Source: Lysinibacter cavernae
GTDB taxonomy: Bacteria; Actinomycetota; Actinomycetes; Actinomycetales; Microbacteriaceae
Reading direction: 5' to 3'
DNA length: 24,000 nucleotides
Assembly: GCF_011758565.1 (NCBI RefSeq)
Contig: NZ_JAAMOX010000001.1
Span: 821,838-845,837, forward strand
Part shown: positions 15,163 to 23,202 of the stretch, one piece after another
How positions within the stretch are numbered: the stretch's first letter is position 1
Layout of the letters: each line of letters begins with the position of its first letter
Translations under genes and position numbers: made by a program
Notes under the pieces: generated by a model
The model's input: the letters and a program-made list of their open reading frames with translations, nothing else
The model's database searches: none
Told to the model about the DNA's origin: nothing

Positions 15163-15609
15163 CTAGCGGCCGTATCGAAGGTGGATAATCGGAAACGGAC
15201 GTCCGTCGCCGTCAGTTTCTGACCGGCCGACTCGCAAAAACCCGCTGTGCTCGTAGAAGCTGAGCGCCGCTGGGTTTTGCTCATTGACGTCAAGCACAAG
15301 CTGCGGCGAACGCAGCTGCGCGGCATGCAGGAGCGCGGTGCCAACTCCCCTTCGCATTGCACCGGCATCAACAAACAGCATTTCAATAGAGTCGTCAACC
15401 CAACCAAGAAACCCAACGGCGTGGCCATCGATTGTGGCAATATCTAGTTCGACCGCTGGCAGGTAGTGCGTCACCATGCGTAACTCGTACCGGTTAATAT
15501 CTTCGACCGTGAGGAACGTGTGCGTTGCCTCAACCGAACTGCGCCAAATCTTCACGATGGTTGGCCACTCGTCTTGGCCAAAACACGGCCTCACCAGCAA
15601 TTGCGACAT
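15163..15609 (-). CDS. GNAT family N-acetyltransferase
   Basis: 148 aa. Acetyl-CoA binding motif A is MLFVDAGAMRRGVGTALLHAA (Q/R-x-x-G-x-G/A). The C-terminal NPAALSFYEHSGF matches motif B. Confidence 0.85.
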   Translation of the reverse strand: MSQLLVRPCFGQDEWPTIVKIWRSSVEATHTFLTVEDINRYELRMVTHYLPAVELDIATIDGHAVGFLGWVDDSIEMLFVDAGAMRRGVGTALLHAAQLRSPQLVLDVNEQNPAALSFYEHSGFLRVGRSETDGDGRPFPIIHLRYGR

Positions 15610-15615
15610 ACCCCA

Positions 15616-15621
15616 AGTCTA
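15616..15621 (-). promoter_or_regulatory. -10 box (TAGACT) placed for a leaderless GNAT transcript
   Basis: The minus strand reads CCGTAGACT-TGGGGT-ATG, leaving 6 nt between the box and ATG 15609. No Shine-Dalgarno sequence is present. Confidence 0.45.
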
Positions 15622-15653
15622 CGGAACGCGCGGCGGACTGGCACAATGATTTC

Positions 15654-16418
15654 ATGACCGCATCCTTTGAAGAGCTTGTCGCCGAGGCGCAGTCGGCCTC
15701 CGTCGACGGTTGGGATTTTTCCTGGCTCGACGGGCGGGCCACTGAGCAACGCCCCTCGTGGGGGTATGCGGAGACCCTCGGCCGCCGATTGGCGACGGCA
15801 TCCGCTGCCCTTGATATCCAGACGGGCGGCGGCGAGGTCCTTGCTGGCCTCAGTCAGTTACCGAGGCTCATGGTGGCCACCGAGTCCTGGCCACCAAACG
15901 TTGCCAAGGCGACCGCGCTCTTGCATCCGCTCGGCGTTGCCGTTGTGGCCGATGCGGACCAACCTCCGCTGCCGTTTGCGAGCGAGGCCTTCGACTTCGT
16001 GTCCAGCCGCCACCCCGTGACGGTGTGGTGGGACGAAATCGCAAGAGTGCTTCGTCAGGGCGGAACCTATCTTGCGCAACACGTCGGTCACTCAAGCGTC
16101 TTTGAGCTTGTCGAGTATTTCCTCGGCGAACAGCCAGAGCACATCCGAAACGCGAGGCATCCCGATGCCGATGTTGCCGCGGCAACGGCGGCAGGACTCA
16201 GCATCGTTGACGTGCGGTTTGAGCGCCTCCGCTTGGAGTTTCACGACATTGGAGCGGTCATCTACTTCCTGCGGAAGGTGATCTGGATGGTGCCCGGTTT
16301 TACGGTCGACGCCTATCTGCCACGGCTTCGTGAGTTGCACGAGCAGATCAGCAACGAAGGCCCGTTTATCGCTCACTCGACTCGGTTCTTGATCGAAGCA
16401 ACCAAACCAACGAGCTGA
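15654..16418 (+). CDS. Class I SAM-dependent methyltransferase
   Basis: From ATG 15654 the protein begins MTASFEELVAEAQSASVDGWDFSWLDGR. SAM-binding motif I is ALDIQTGGGEVL, followed by the acidic loop/post-I FDFVSSRH and by GGTYLAQ. The upstream extension of the track ORF overlaps the GNAT gene and is rejected. Confidence 0.8.
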   Translation: MTASFEELVAEAQSASVDGWDFSWLDGRATEQRPSWGYAETLGRRLATASAALDIQTGGGEVLAGLSQLPRLMVATESWPPNVAKATALLHPLGVAVVADADQPPLPFASEAFDFVSSRHPVTVWWDEIARVLRQGGTYLAQHVGHSSVFELVEYFLGEQPEHIRNARHPDADVAAATAAGLSIVDVRFERLRLEFHDIGAVIYFLRKVIWMVPGFTVDAYLPRLRELHEQISNEGPFIAHSTRFLIEATKPTS

Positions 16419-16485
16419 GGCCAACTCGTTACGTTCAGACACAGTTGTTTCCAAACGCTATGCCTGAAGCCGTCGGGCGTTTAGC

Positions 16486-17982
16486 ATGTCCAGTATGGCG
16501 GTCATCTGCGACACACATGATTCTCGTAGCTTCAGCACCCGCATCGTTGCGGTGGCCGTTGCGGCCTTCTGCGTTGTGGGCATCGGCTTTGGCCAGGGCG
16601 GCACGGCCGCGCATGCCGCACCCTCTGACGGATACGCAACGCTGACGGTGAGCGGCGACCCCGGTGCGCGCACTGGCTCCGTCGCGCTTCCCGGCGATCT
16701 CCCCACCGCAGCTTTGACCTCAACGTCGCGCATTGGCACGGTCTCCTCGGGCGCAACATCGTGGGTGCCAGGGTCCGCACCCTTCGGCACGTTTGCCGGA
16801 TCGAGCCAGAACAAGAGCTACCTCTCGCTCGACTCCGGCGGCCAGACAGCAGGCTCGGCATCCGTGACAACCTACACCTTTGCGACACCGGCGCCAGCCG
16901 GCAGCTGGGGATTTGCCCTTGGCGACGTCGATGCAGAAGCCCTCACCGTAACGGCCATCGACGCCAACGGCGACGCTATACCTTCGGCCTCGCTCGGCCT
17001 CGTCACGGCCTTCAATTACTGTGACGCGTCGCCCCGCGCCTCAGCATGTGCATCCGAGAACGCCCCCTATGCAATTCCGACCGTGTCAACTTCGGCCGAA
17101 AGCGTCACGCTCGCTGAGCCCCGCTGTATTGCCGCTAATGCATTCTGCGACACAACTGGCGCGGCGGCCTGGTTCAAACCGCTTGTACCAATTTTGTCGC
17201 TGACGGTCACCTCCGCATGGGTTTCCGGCTCGCCGAGCTACCAAACCTGGTTCGCCGACGCGAGTGCGGTGAGCGGGAGGGTTGATGCCACGTGCCTTCC
17301 AGCAGGAGGCCTTGGCCTTGACCTGCTGGATGGCTCCGGCAGCCAGGTCGCAACGACGGTAACGGCCGAGGACGGCTCGTTCGCTTTCCCCTTCGTTCTG
17401 CCGCTTCGCGACTACGCGGTCAGACTGTCGGTGGTGCCTCCTGGCAGTGAATCGGCACCTGCCACGCCGATTGATGCGGTCACCAATGGGCCTGCAGTCG
17501 GCGTCGCACTCGCGGTAGACGGCGTCTATCCGATAACCGGTTCCGTGACGGGCCAGCTACGCGCTGACCTGACCGTGACGCTCGCCGGCCCAAACGGAAC
17601 AGTCACAACCACAACGGATGCGGTCGGCGACTACGCGTTCCCACCACAGGCATCCGCTGAGTACACCGTCACGGTCACGGCTCCAAACGGCGCAACGGTC
17701 GCCCCTGCGAACCGGGTGGCAACCGTGAACTGCGCGGCAAACAACATGCTGCCGTTTGCAATCGAGGACGAACGGGCAACCGAGACCCCAACACCGCCAA
17801 CCAACCAACCACCAAGCACCGGCTCCAACACGCAGGCCTCCCAAACAACCTCGGCTGGCGGCGCAGGAAGCCTTGCCGCAACCGGAGGACAGCAGAGCGT
17901 TGGGTTCCTGACCGTTGGCCTTCTGGTCATCCTCGCTGGCATGACGCTCAGACTGAGACGCAAACCCTCGACCATGCACTGA
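16486..17982 (+). CDS. Cell-wall anchored surface protein (LAXTG sortase-E type sorting signal) with SdrD-B / carboxypeptidase-regulatory-like beta-sandwich repeats
   Basis: N-terminal signal peptide: RIVAVAVAAFCVVGIGFGQGGTAAHA-AP. Two repeats follow the pattern G-x-V...G..V.L.....G..VATT.T...G.Y.F. (GRVDATCLPAGGLGLDLLDGSGSQVATTVTAEDGSFAFP and ITGSVTGQLRADLTVTLAGPNGTVTTTTDAVGDYAFP). A Pro/Thr linker precedes the C-terminal LAATG, a hydrophobic helix and RLRRK. Confidence 0.8.
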   Translation: MSSMAVICDTHDSRSFSTRIVAVAVAAFCVVGIGFGQGGTAAHAAPSDGYATLTVSGDPGARTGSVALPGDLPTAALTSTSRIGTVSSGATSWVPGSAPFGTFAGSSQNKSYLSLDSGGQTAGSASVTTYTFATPAPAGSWGFALGDVDAEALTVTAIDANGDAIPSASLGLVTAFNYCDASPRASACASENAPYAIPTVSTSAESVTLAEPRCIAANAFCDTTGAAAWFKPLVPILSLTVTSAWVSGSPSYQTWFADASAVSGRVDATCLPAGGLGLDLLDGSGSQVATTVTAEDGSFAFPFVLPLRDYAVRLSVVPPGSESAPATPIDAVTNGPAVGVALAVDGVYPITGSVTGQLRADLTVTLAGPNGTVTTTTDAVGDYAFPPQASAEYTVTVTAPNGATVAPANRVATVNCAANNMLPFAIEDERATETPTPPTNQPPSTGSNTQASQTTSAGGAGSLAATGGQQSVGFLTVGLLVILAGMTLRLRRKPSTMH

Positions 17983-18011
17983 TCACATCATCCAACGAAA
18001 GGTCCAAACAG

Positions 18012-19313
18012 ATGCCAGACAGCGCGACAGCCGTAGCGGCCTACACCTATTACTACCCACTCGTTGAAAACCTGCGGCAGGTGAACCGTTACGTCACAAC
18101 CGGCGTAGGCTCCAATCCCGCCACCCCTTTCAACACATTCTCGCACGCCCGCAACCTTGCCGGCCCGCAGGACACCTTCGTCACCATCAACAACGACACC
18201 GTGTACTCGATGGCACAGCTGGATCTCTCGGGCGGCCCGCTCCGCCTGACGGTACCTGCGACGGGCGACCGCTACTACGTACTCCAGTTTGTGGATGCCT
18301 GGACCAACAACATTGCCTATATTGGCACGCGCGCGACGGGCAATACCTCGGGCTCGTTCCTCATCGTCCCGCCGGGGTGGACAGGAACGGCAGCCGAGCC
18401 AATCGTCCAGGCCTCCACCAATGTTGTGTCCATCGTTGGGCGCTTCGCGTGCACCGGCCCGGACGATATCCCCGCGGTCACCGCGGTGCAAGACGCCACC
18501 ACCATCACGCCGCTTCATCCGGAGAACGCGCTCGCCGGCATCCCGTCCCCGCCGGAGCAGGCCGATGACGCACAGCAGTTTTGGGCTGAGGCTCAGGCCT
18601 GGTCTGCGGCCTTCCCAGCCCCACAGGAAGAACAAGAACTCGTCGACTCGTTTACCTCGTTCTGGTCAGCCACCAGCGACACCGATGCCCGCCGAGCTGG
18701 GTATGCCGAGGGAATTGCCCAGCTTGAGGAAGCGACCAAACACGGCAATTCTCCCGTCTATAACGGGTGGACCGTCGGGCTCCACCTCTTCGACTACAAC
18801 CTCTACAACCTTGGGCTCGGCACCATCGATGAGCCACGCTGGCGAAACGAGAACCAGGAGCAACGCATTCTCGACCGGGCCATCGCCTGCCGCCTCGGCC
18901 TCTGGGGCAATCACGCGTATGAGGCCGTCTACGCCCAAGCGTTCACCGATATCGAACAGAATCCACTAGTCGGGGCGAACACCTACAGCATGACGTTCGA
19001 TTCCGAGCCTCCCGTTGGCGCCTTCTGGTCGATCACGCTCTACGACATCCCCCGCTACTACCTGGTTGACAATCCCATTGACCGCTACTCAATCGGCGAT
19101 AGGACCGCAGGTATCAAGTATTCGGACGACAGATCGCTGCGCATTGTGATCTCACACGCCCAGCCGATAGACCCAATCGATCTCGCAAACTGGCTCCCTG
19201 CACCCGACGCGGCGTTTCGGCTCGTGTTCCGGCTGTACGTGCCCGGCGAGTCAATTCTCGACGGGACCTATGAGTATCCTCAGGTGCTGAAGGCGAGTAG
19301 CGAGGGTCAATAG
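18012..19313 (+). CDS. DUF1254 / DUF1214 domain-containing protein
   Basis: 433 aa. The N-terminal YTYYYPLVENLRQ and FVTINNDTVYSMAQLDL..GPLRLTVPATGDRYYVLQFVDAWTNN match the DUF1254 signature. The C-terminal FWSITLYD...YLVDNPIDRYSIGDR...NWLPAP matches DUF1214. It lies 29 nt after the preceding gene and is probably co-transcribed. No signal peptide is evident. Confidence 0.8.
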   Translation: MPDSATAVAAYTYYYPLVENLRQVNRYVTTGVGSNPATPFNTFSHARNLAGPQDTFVTINNDTVYSMAQLDLSGGPLRLTVPATGDRYYVLQFVDAWTNNIAYIGTRATGNTSGSFLIVPPGWTGTAAEPIVQASTNVVSIVGRFACTGPDDIPAVTAVQDATTITPLHPENALAGIPSPPEQADDAQQFWAEAQAWSAAFPAPQEEQELVDSFTSFWSATSDTDARRAGYAEGIAQLEEATKHGNSPVYNGWTVGLHLFDYNLYNLGLGTIDEPRWRNENQEQRILDRAIACRLGLWGNHAYEAVYAQAFTDIEQNPLVGANTYSMTFDSEPPVGAFWSITLYDIPRYYLVDNPIDRYSIGDRTAGIKYSDDRSLRIVISHAQPIDPIDLANWLPAPDAAFRLVFRLYVPGESILDGTYEYPQVLKASSEGQ

Positions 19314-19326
19314 CCCAAATACGACA

Positions 19327-19367
19327 ACATGCGCCGCCGCTCCAACATTTGGAGCGGCGGCGCATGT
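19327..19367. terminator. Perfect 19-bp hairpin between convergent genes; bidirectional intrinsic terminator
   Basis: ACATGCGCCGCCGCTCCAA (19327-19345), loop CAT, TTGGAGCGGCGGCGCATGT (19349-19367). It sits between the stop at 19313 (+) and the stop at 19378 (-). Confidence 0.65.
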
Positions 19368-19377
19368 GTGCGGCGGC

Positions 19378-21429
19378 CTAACTTGCGCTGGCCCTGCGAC
19401 GCAAACGTGTCGTGGCCAAGACGGTAGCGCCAAGCAAGAAGGCAGCGATCCCTCCTGCGATAGCGGCGAACTCCGACTCGGCCCCTGTCACGGCAAGGCC
19501 GCCGTTTCCTGCGGCAGCACCGACTCCCGTGACGGGAACAGTTGCAACGGGCACGGCGGGCACCGAGTCAACAGCTGCTGCAACGGAGAGCGGCGCCCAG
19601 CCAAGCAGGCGGCCCTCTGCGTCCGTCACCGCGAGGCGATGCTGGCCGATAACGGTCGCAAGCGGGATCGTGACCGAGAATTCACCGGCAGCGCTTGCCG
19701 TCGCGCTTCCTAGCGGGGTTGGGGTGGAGAACAGGATGGCCGAAACGGTTGTGTTTGCCAGCTCGGCTCCAACCCCAACCGTCATAACCTCACCAGGTCG
19801 AACGGATGCCGGAACCGTCACCGTTCCTCGCGTTGCGTCGGTCAGGTCTGCCTCTGAAACTGGTTCAACACCGGGATTCGGCGTTGGCTCGGTCACGGTC
19901 GTGACGCAACGAATGAGGCCTTCACGCAGCGAGTGGGAGTCGGTTCCATTGTCGTCAGACCAGAAAGCCGACTTCATCCCGTTGACACACGAGGCCTCTG
20001 TGGCAAGGGTAAACCCTTCGTTGTTCACGTTTGGCATGTTGGCAGGTCGCTCGTAGAGTGCGGTGATGTTGAACGCCCCATCGGCACCAACGGCAAGCGT
20101 GGCAATTTGACCATCACAGGTGTCGTCACAGACGGCAAAGAGCGAGTTGCTCTCTGCCTCGTATTCGAGGTCCATGATGCCGGGGAATCCGCTCGAAATC
20201 GTGGCAAGTAGCGCGAACGTTCCATCGGTATTCAGCGCGAAGGCATACACGTTGCCGTTGGCTTCAATCCCAACAAAGAAGAGCCCGTCGCCGTGGCCCG
20301 CGTAGCGTGCTGGGTCGTATGCTGTGCCGGTCGACTGGTCGATAAACCCGGCCGAGACGAGGGCTGCATCGGGAATCCACTCGATAGCCTCAAGCCCAGA
20401 GTTTGGCGCAACAACGGGAAGCGCGCTCGCGAGGTTCCATTCCTGGGCCGCGGCGAGGGATGTGCCAGCGGCGCTCGGTGCGTAGCGCAGCACCGAGGGC
20501 CGGCTGACCTTACTCTGCGAGTTGTTTCGCTCACTCGAGACGTAGATGCTCGCACCAACGGCGACAACACCCTCTGCGTCAACGTCGCCCGTGCCATCCT
20601 GGTAGTGCAGGGTCTTGCCCGCTGCCCATCCATCAGCAGCGACCGGGTTCCAGTTGTCTCCGTCTGCACGCAACTGGTACAGGGTACCGGGGCCGTTCTT
20701 CACAGCCCAGATCGTGTCGCCGCCAGAGGCAAGAGGTGATCCGGCGCCAACAATGTCGAGGCCGCTGAGATTGTCTCCGTAGAATCCGGCCTCGTCAACC
20801 GTTCGAACGGAGGCCGCGCCGGGCCAGGCCACCGCGCCAACGCCTGGCTGCGGCGTTGGGTCCGGCGTTGGGTCGGGCGTCGTGCCTGGGGTACCGGGGG
20901 TGGATGTGGAACACGCATTTGCCGCGCCCTTGGTCACCGCAGTGGTGAGCCCGAACTCCCCTGTCCCATCTGGGCAGCGGCCAAACAGGCTTGCGTGCGC
21001 GGTCCAGGTCACGCTGTCGATGAGCGTCACACCGTCAGGCGCGAAGAGGCGCGCGGCGTCGTCCTTGCCAAGCCCAAAAGCGGCCTCGGTGTCGATCGCC
21101 AAGAATTGCCCGGCGGAGAGGGTCGTGCCTGCCGAGAGGACAAGCTGATGGTCATCCTCACTGTCCTTCAGCACATAGCCGGCGAGATCAACGGTTTCCG
21201 GGCCGATGTTCGTCAGCTCGACCCAGTCCCCTGGAACGCCTCCGGTTGAGACAACCTCGTTGATCCGGATACTCGAGGCAGCTGCAGCAGTGGTCTCAGC
21301 TCCTGCGGGTGCGGCGATCAACGCTGGCAACACAATGAGGGAAAGCGCAACGGTGGCGACTGGTGCAGCAACACGTGCTCGAATGAAACGTGGCGCGGTA
21401 GACAGAGTTCCGCGTCTGGCGTATGGCAT
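19378..21429 (-). CDS. LAXTG-anchored surface protein: lamin-tail domain (LTD), predicted beta-propeller (phytase-like / SdiA-regulated-like) and an Ig-like domain
   Basis: From ATG 21429 the protein begins MPYARRGTLSTAPRFIRARVAAPVATVALSLIVLPALIAAPAGA (signal peptide). LTD region: IRINEVVSTGGVPGDWVELTNIGPETVDLAGYVLKDSEDDH...ARLFAPDGVTLIDSVTW. A PTPDPTPDPTPQP linker is encoded by a 12-nt tandem repeat at 20852-20880. A long Gly/Asp-rich repetitive beta region ends in NNEGFTLA. The C-terminus has LAVTG, a hydrophobic helix and RLRRR. The 80-codon upstream extension in the track is rejected. Confidence 0.8.
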   Translation of the reverse strand: MPYARRGTLSTAPRFIRARVAAPVATVALSLIVLPALIAAPAGAETTAAAASSIRINEVVSTGGVPGDWVELTNIGPETVDLAGYVLKDSEDDHQLVLSAGTTLSAGQFLAIDTEAAFGLGKDDAARLFAPDGVTLIDSVTWTAHASLFGRCPDGTGEFGLTTAVTKGAANACSTSTPGTPGTTPDPTPDPTPQPGVGAVAWPGAASVRTVDEAGFYGDNLSGLDIVGAGSPLASGGDTIWAVKNGPGTLYQLRADGDNWNPVAADGWAAGKTLHYQDGTGDVDAEGVVAVGASIYVSSERNNSQSKVSRPSVLRYAPSAAGTSLAAAQEWNLASALPVVAPNSGLEAIEWIPDAALVSAGFIDQSTGTAYDPARYAGHGDGLFFVGIEANGNVYAFALNTDGTFALLATISSGFPGIMDLEYEAESNSLFAVCDDTCDGQIATLAVGADGAFNITALYERPANMPNVNNEGFTLATEASCVNGMKSAFWSDDNGTDSHSLREGLIRCVTTVTEPTPNPGVEPVSEADLTDATRGTVTVPASVRPGEVMTVGVGAELANTTVSAILFSTPTPLGSATASAAGEFSVTIPLATVIGQHRLAVTDAEGRLLGWAPLSVAAAVDSVPAVPVATVPVTGVGAAAGNGGLAVTGAESEFAAIAGGIAAFLLGATVLATTRLRRRASAS

Positions 21430-21566
21430 TAAATCTTCTTTCCGTGAGAAAGGCTGAAGGCCGGTTTGGCCCGCTCTAGGCTCTCCAAGCCAGGTGTCTG
21501 GTCGGTGAATGAGTCGTGAATCCGAAGGGTCAGCATCATTGCCGGTGGGTTCTTCCTCCTCGTCGG

Positions 21567-21572
21567 TAGACT
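21567..21572 (+). promoter_or_regulatory. -10 box (TAGACT) placed for a leaderless nitronate monooxygenase transcript
   Basis: TCGGTAGACT is followed by 8 nt and then ATG 21581, with no Shine-Dalgarno sequence. The 10-mer TCGGTAGACT is identical to the one at 12474-12483. Confidence 0.45.
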
Positions 21573-21580
21573 CTGAACCT

Positions 21581-22612
21581 ATGAACCCGCTGCTCGATTC
21601 TCTCGGCATCACCAACCCCGTTCTTGCGGCTCCTATGGCCGGTGGCGCGACGACACCCGAGCTGGTCATCTCCGCGGGTGAGGCAGGCAGCCTCGGATTC
21701 CTTGCGTCCGGTTACACACCTGCGGATGCGCTCGCCGCGCGAATGGCGGCCGTGCGTGACTCTGGCGTCGCGTTTGGCGTCAACCTGTTCGCGCCGAATC
21801 CGGTTCCGATCTCCGCGGGCGAGTTTGCCAGCTACGCTCGCCGCCTCCAGGCCGACGCGGATGTGTTCGGCCTTGACCTCAGCACCTCAAGCCCGCTCGA
21901 CGACGATGACGACTGGCAGAACAAACTTGATGTTCTGCTCAGCGACCCTGTCCCCGCTGTGAGCTTCACGTTCGGCATCCCCTCGACCGAGGTTATTGCG
22001 GCCCTCAAACGGGCCGGCAGCCGGATAATCCAGACCATCACGAGCGTTGACGAGGCGAAGCAGGCCGCCGAGGCAGGGGTGGATGCGCTTGTTGTTCAGT
22101 CCTGGGAGGCCGGCGGACACTCCGGCACGCTCACGCCGAATCTACTCCCCCTGCCTATTCCACTCGCTGACCTCGTCGCTTCCGTTTCCCAGGCTGTGAC
22201 GATCCCTCTGATTGCGGCCGGCGGCATCAGCTCCGCTGGGGACGTCGCTGTCGCCCTTCGCTCCGGTGCGAGCGCTGTGTCCGTCGGCACGGCGCTGTTG
22301 CGGGCCAACGAAAGCGGCGCATCGAGCGCCCACCGCGCGGCCCTCGCGGACCCGGCGTTCGCGGGGACCGCAATTACCCGCGCGTTCACCGGCCGACCGG
22401 CTCGCGGGCTCTACAACGGCTTTATGATCGCCCACAGCGACGAGGCGCCGCTTGGCTATCCTGCCGTTCACCACCTCACCTCGCCGTTGCGTAAGGCAGC
22501 GGCTGCCGCGGGAGACACGCAGCGCATGCACCTCTGGGCCGGCACCGGATTTGCGTCAGCGGAGGCCGGCCCGGTGGAGGACATCCTGAACGGGCTGGCC
22601 GCCGGAGCGTAG
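21581..22612 (+). CDS. Nitronate monooxygenase (NMO / 2-nitropropane dioxygenase family, FMN TIM barrel)
   Basis: From ATG 21581 the protein begins MNPLLDSLGITNPVLAAPMAGGATTPELVISAGEAGSLGFLASGY, a classic NMO N-terminus. Later motifs are VVQSWEAGGHSG and IPLIAAGGISSAGDVAVALRSGASAVSVGTALL. Confidence 0.85.
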   Translation: MNPLLDSLGITNPVLAAPMAGGATTPELVISAGEAGSLGFLASGYTPADALAARMAAVRDSGVAFGVNLFAPNPVPISAGEFASYARRLQADADVFGLDLSTSSPLDDDDDWQNKLDVLLSDPVPAVSFTFGIPSTEVIAALKRAGSRIIQTITSVDEAKQAAEAGVDALVVQSWEAGGHSGTLTPNLLPLPIPLADLVASVSQAVTIPLIAAGGISSAGDVAVALRSGASAVSVGTALLRANESGASSAHRAALADPAFAGTAITRAFTGRPARGLYNGFMIAHSDEAPLGYPAVHHLTSPLRKAAAAAGDTQRMHLWAGTGFASAEAGPVEDILNGLAAGA

Positions 22613-22919
22613 TCACGTCCGCGACCTCGTCGGGCGAAGCTGTACACACGCACCAGCAGGAGTTGGCAGGCAAAGACGCCAAGCAACACGACACAGACAA
22701 TTCTCATGATGGGAGGGATCGCGTCGATGCCAAGGTAGCCAAGCGGATCCCAGCTGGCGATGCCGCGCACGACTGCGGAATATTCAGAGCAGTCCGTTCA
22801 GGTATCGCGCTGCCCGATTCGACGCGATCTGGGCAAAAGCGCATTCGAGGATCATCAGGTGCTTGCAGACGGGCTGGATACTCAGGCAATACTCACGCGG
22901 CGGACAACACAGACCTCAA

Positions 22920-22968
22920 TGTCAACGAAAAGTTGACAAGACGATCTTGTCAATATAAAGTTGACAAC
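22920..22968. promoter_or_regulatory. Array of four alternating TGTCAA / TTGACA boxes (two overlapping palindromes); candidate operator
   Basis: TGTCAAC-GAAAA-GTTGACA is at 22920-22938. TTGACAAGA-CGA-TCTTGTCAA is at 22933-22953 (9-bp perfect arms). A further TTGACAAC is at 22961-22968. Box starts are 22920, 22933, 22948 and 22961, spaced about 13-15 bp with alternating orientation. The patch is AT-rich within a GC-rich genome. Confidence 0.55.
22933..22961 (+). promoter_or_regulatory. Near-consensus sigma-A type promoter driving a leaderless transcript
   Basis: -35 TTGACA (22933-22938), a 17-nt spacer, -10 TAAAGT (22956-22961, TANNNT), then 7 nt to ATG 22969. No Shine-Dalgarno sequence is present. 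Confidence 0.55.
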
Positions 22969-23202
22969 ATGAACAACACACCATCCCCCCGAACCCCAGC
23001 CCTGGCCGTCGCCCGCACCCTCTTCTTTACCGTGTGCGCAGCATTCATCATCGCCGTCGTCTCCGTCCTCCTCGCAGAAGGCCCCGGCGGGCTCAACAGC
23101 ATTGCCCTCCCCTTTATGTCGGCAATCGTCATCGCCTCGATCGGCTGGGCCGCCGCCAAAAAGCAGGCAAGCTCAGCGGGCAACTCGAAGAAGGAATCAT
23201 GA
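22969..23202 (+). CDS. Small membrane protein (77 aa, two predicted TM helices), hypothetical
   Basis: MNNTPSPRTPALAVARTLFFTVCAAFIIAVVSVLLAEGPGGLNSIALPFMSAIVIASIGWAAAKKQASSAGNSKKES. There are two hydrophobic helices and a basic tail. The stop overlaps the next start as ATGA (23199-23202). Codons are C-rich. I recognise no family. Confidence 0.55.
   Translation: MNNTPSPRTPALAVARTLFFTVCAAFIIAVVSVLLAEGPGGLNSIALPFMSAIVIASIGWAAAKKQASSAGNSKKES

Noticed and set aside
17988-18635. 215-aa minus-strand ORF opposite the DUF1254 gene, and the 19412-20056 plus-strand ORF opposite the LTD gene
   Set aside because: These are shadow frames opposite genes with clear domain signatures.
20852-20880. Tandem 12-nt repeat (GGCGTTGGGTCC, about 2.4 copies)
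   Set aside because: It is not a CRISPR or regulatory repeat. It simply encodes the PTPDPTPDPTP inter-domain linker of the LTD surface protein on the minus strand.
21430-21669. 80-codon extension of the LTD surface-protein ORF, and the 21509-21580 extension of the NMO ORF; the two overlap each other
   Set aside because: The signal peptide begins right after M at 21429, which has a GGAAAGAAG ribosome-binding site. The NMO homology begins at MNPLLD (21581), which has a -10 box 8 nt upstream. The extensions encode acidic or Ser-rich filler.
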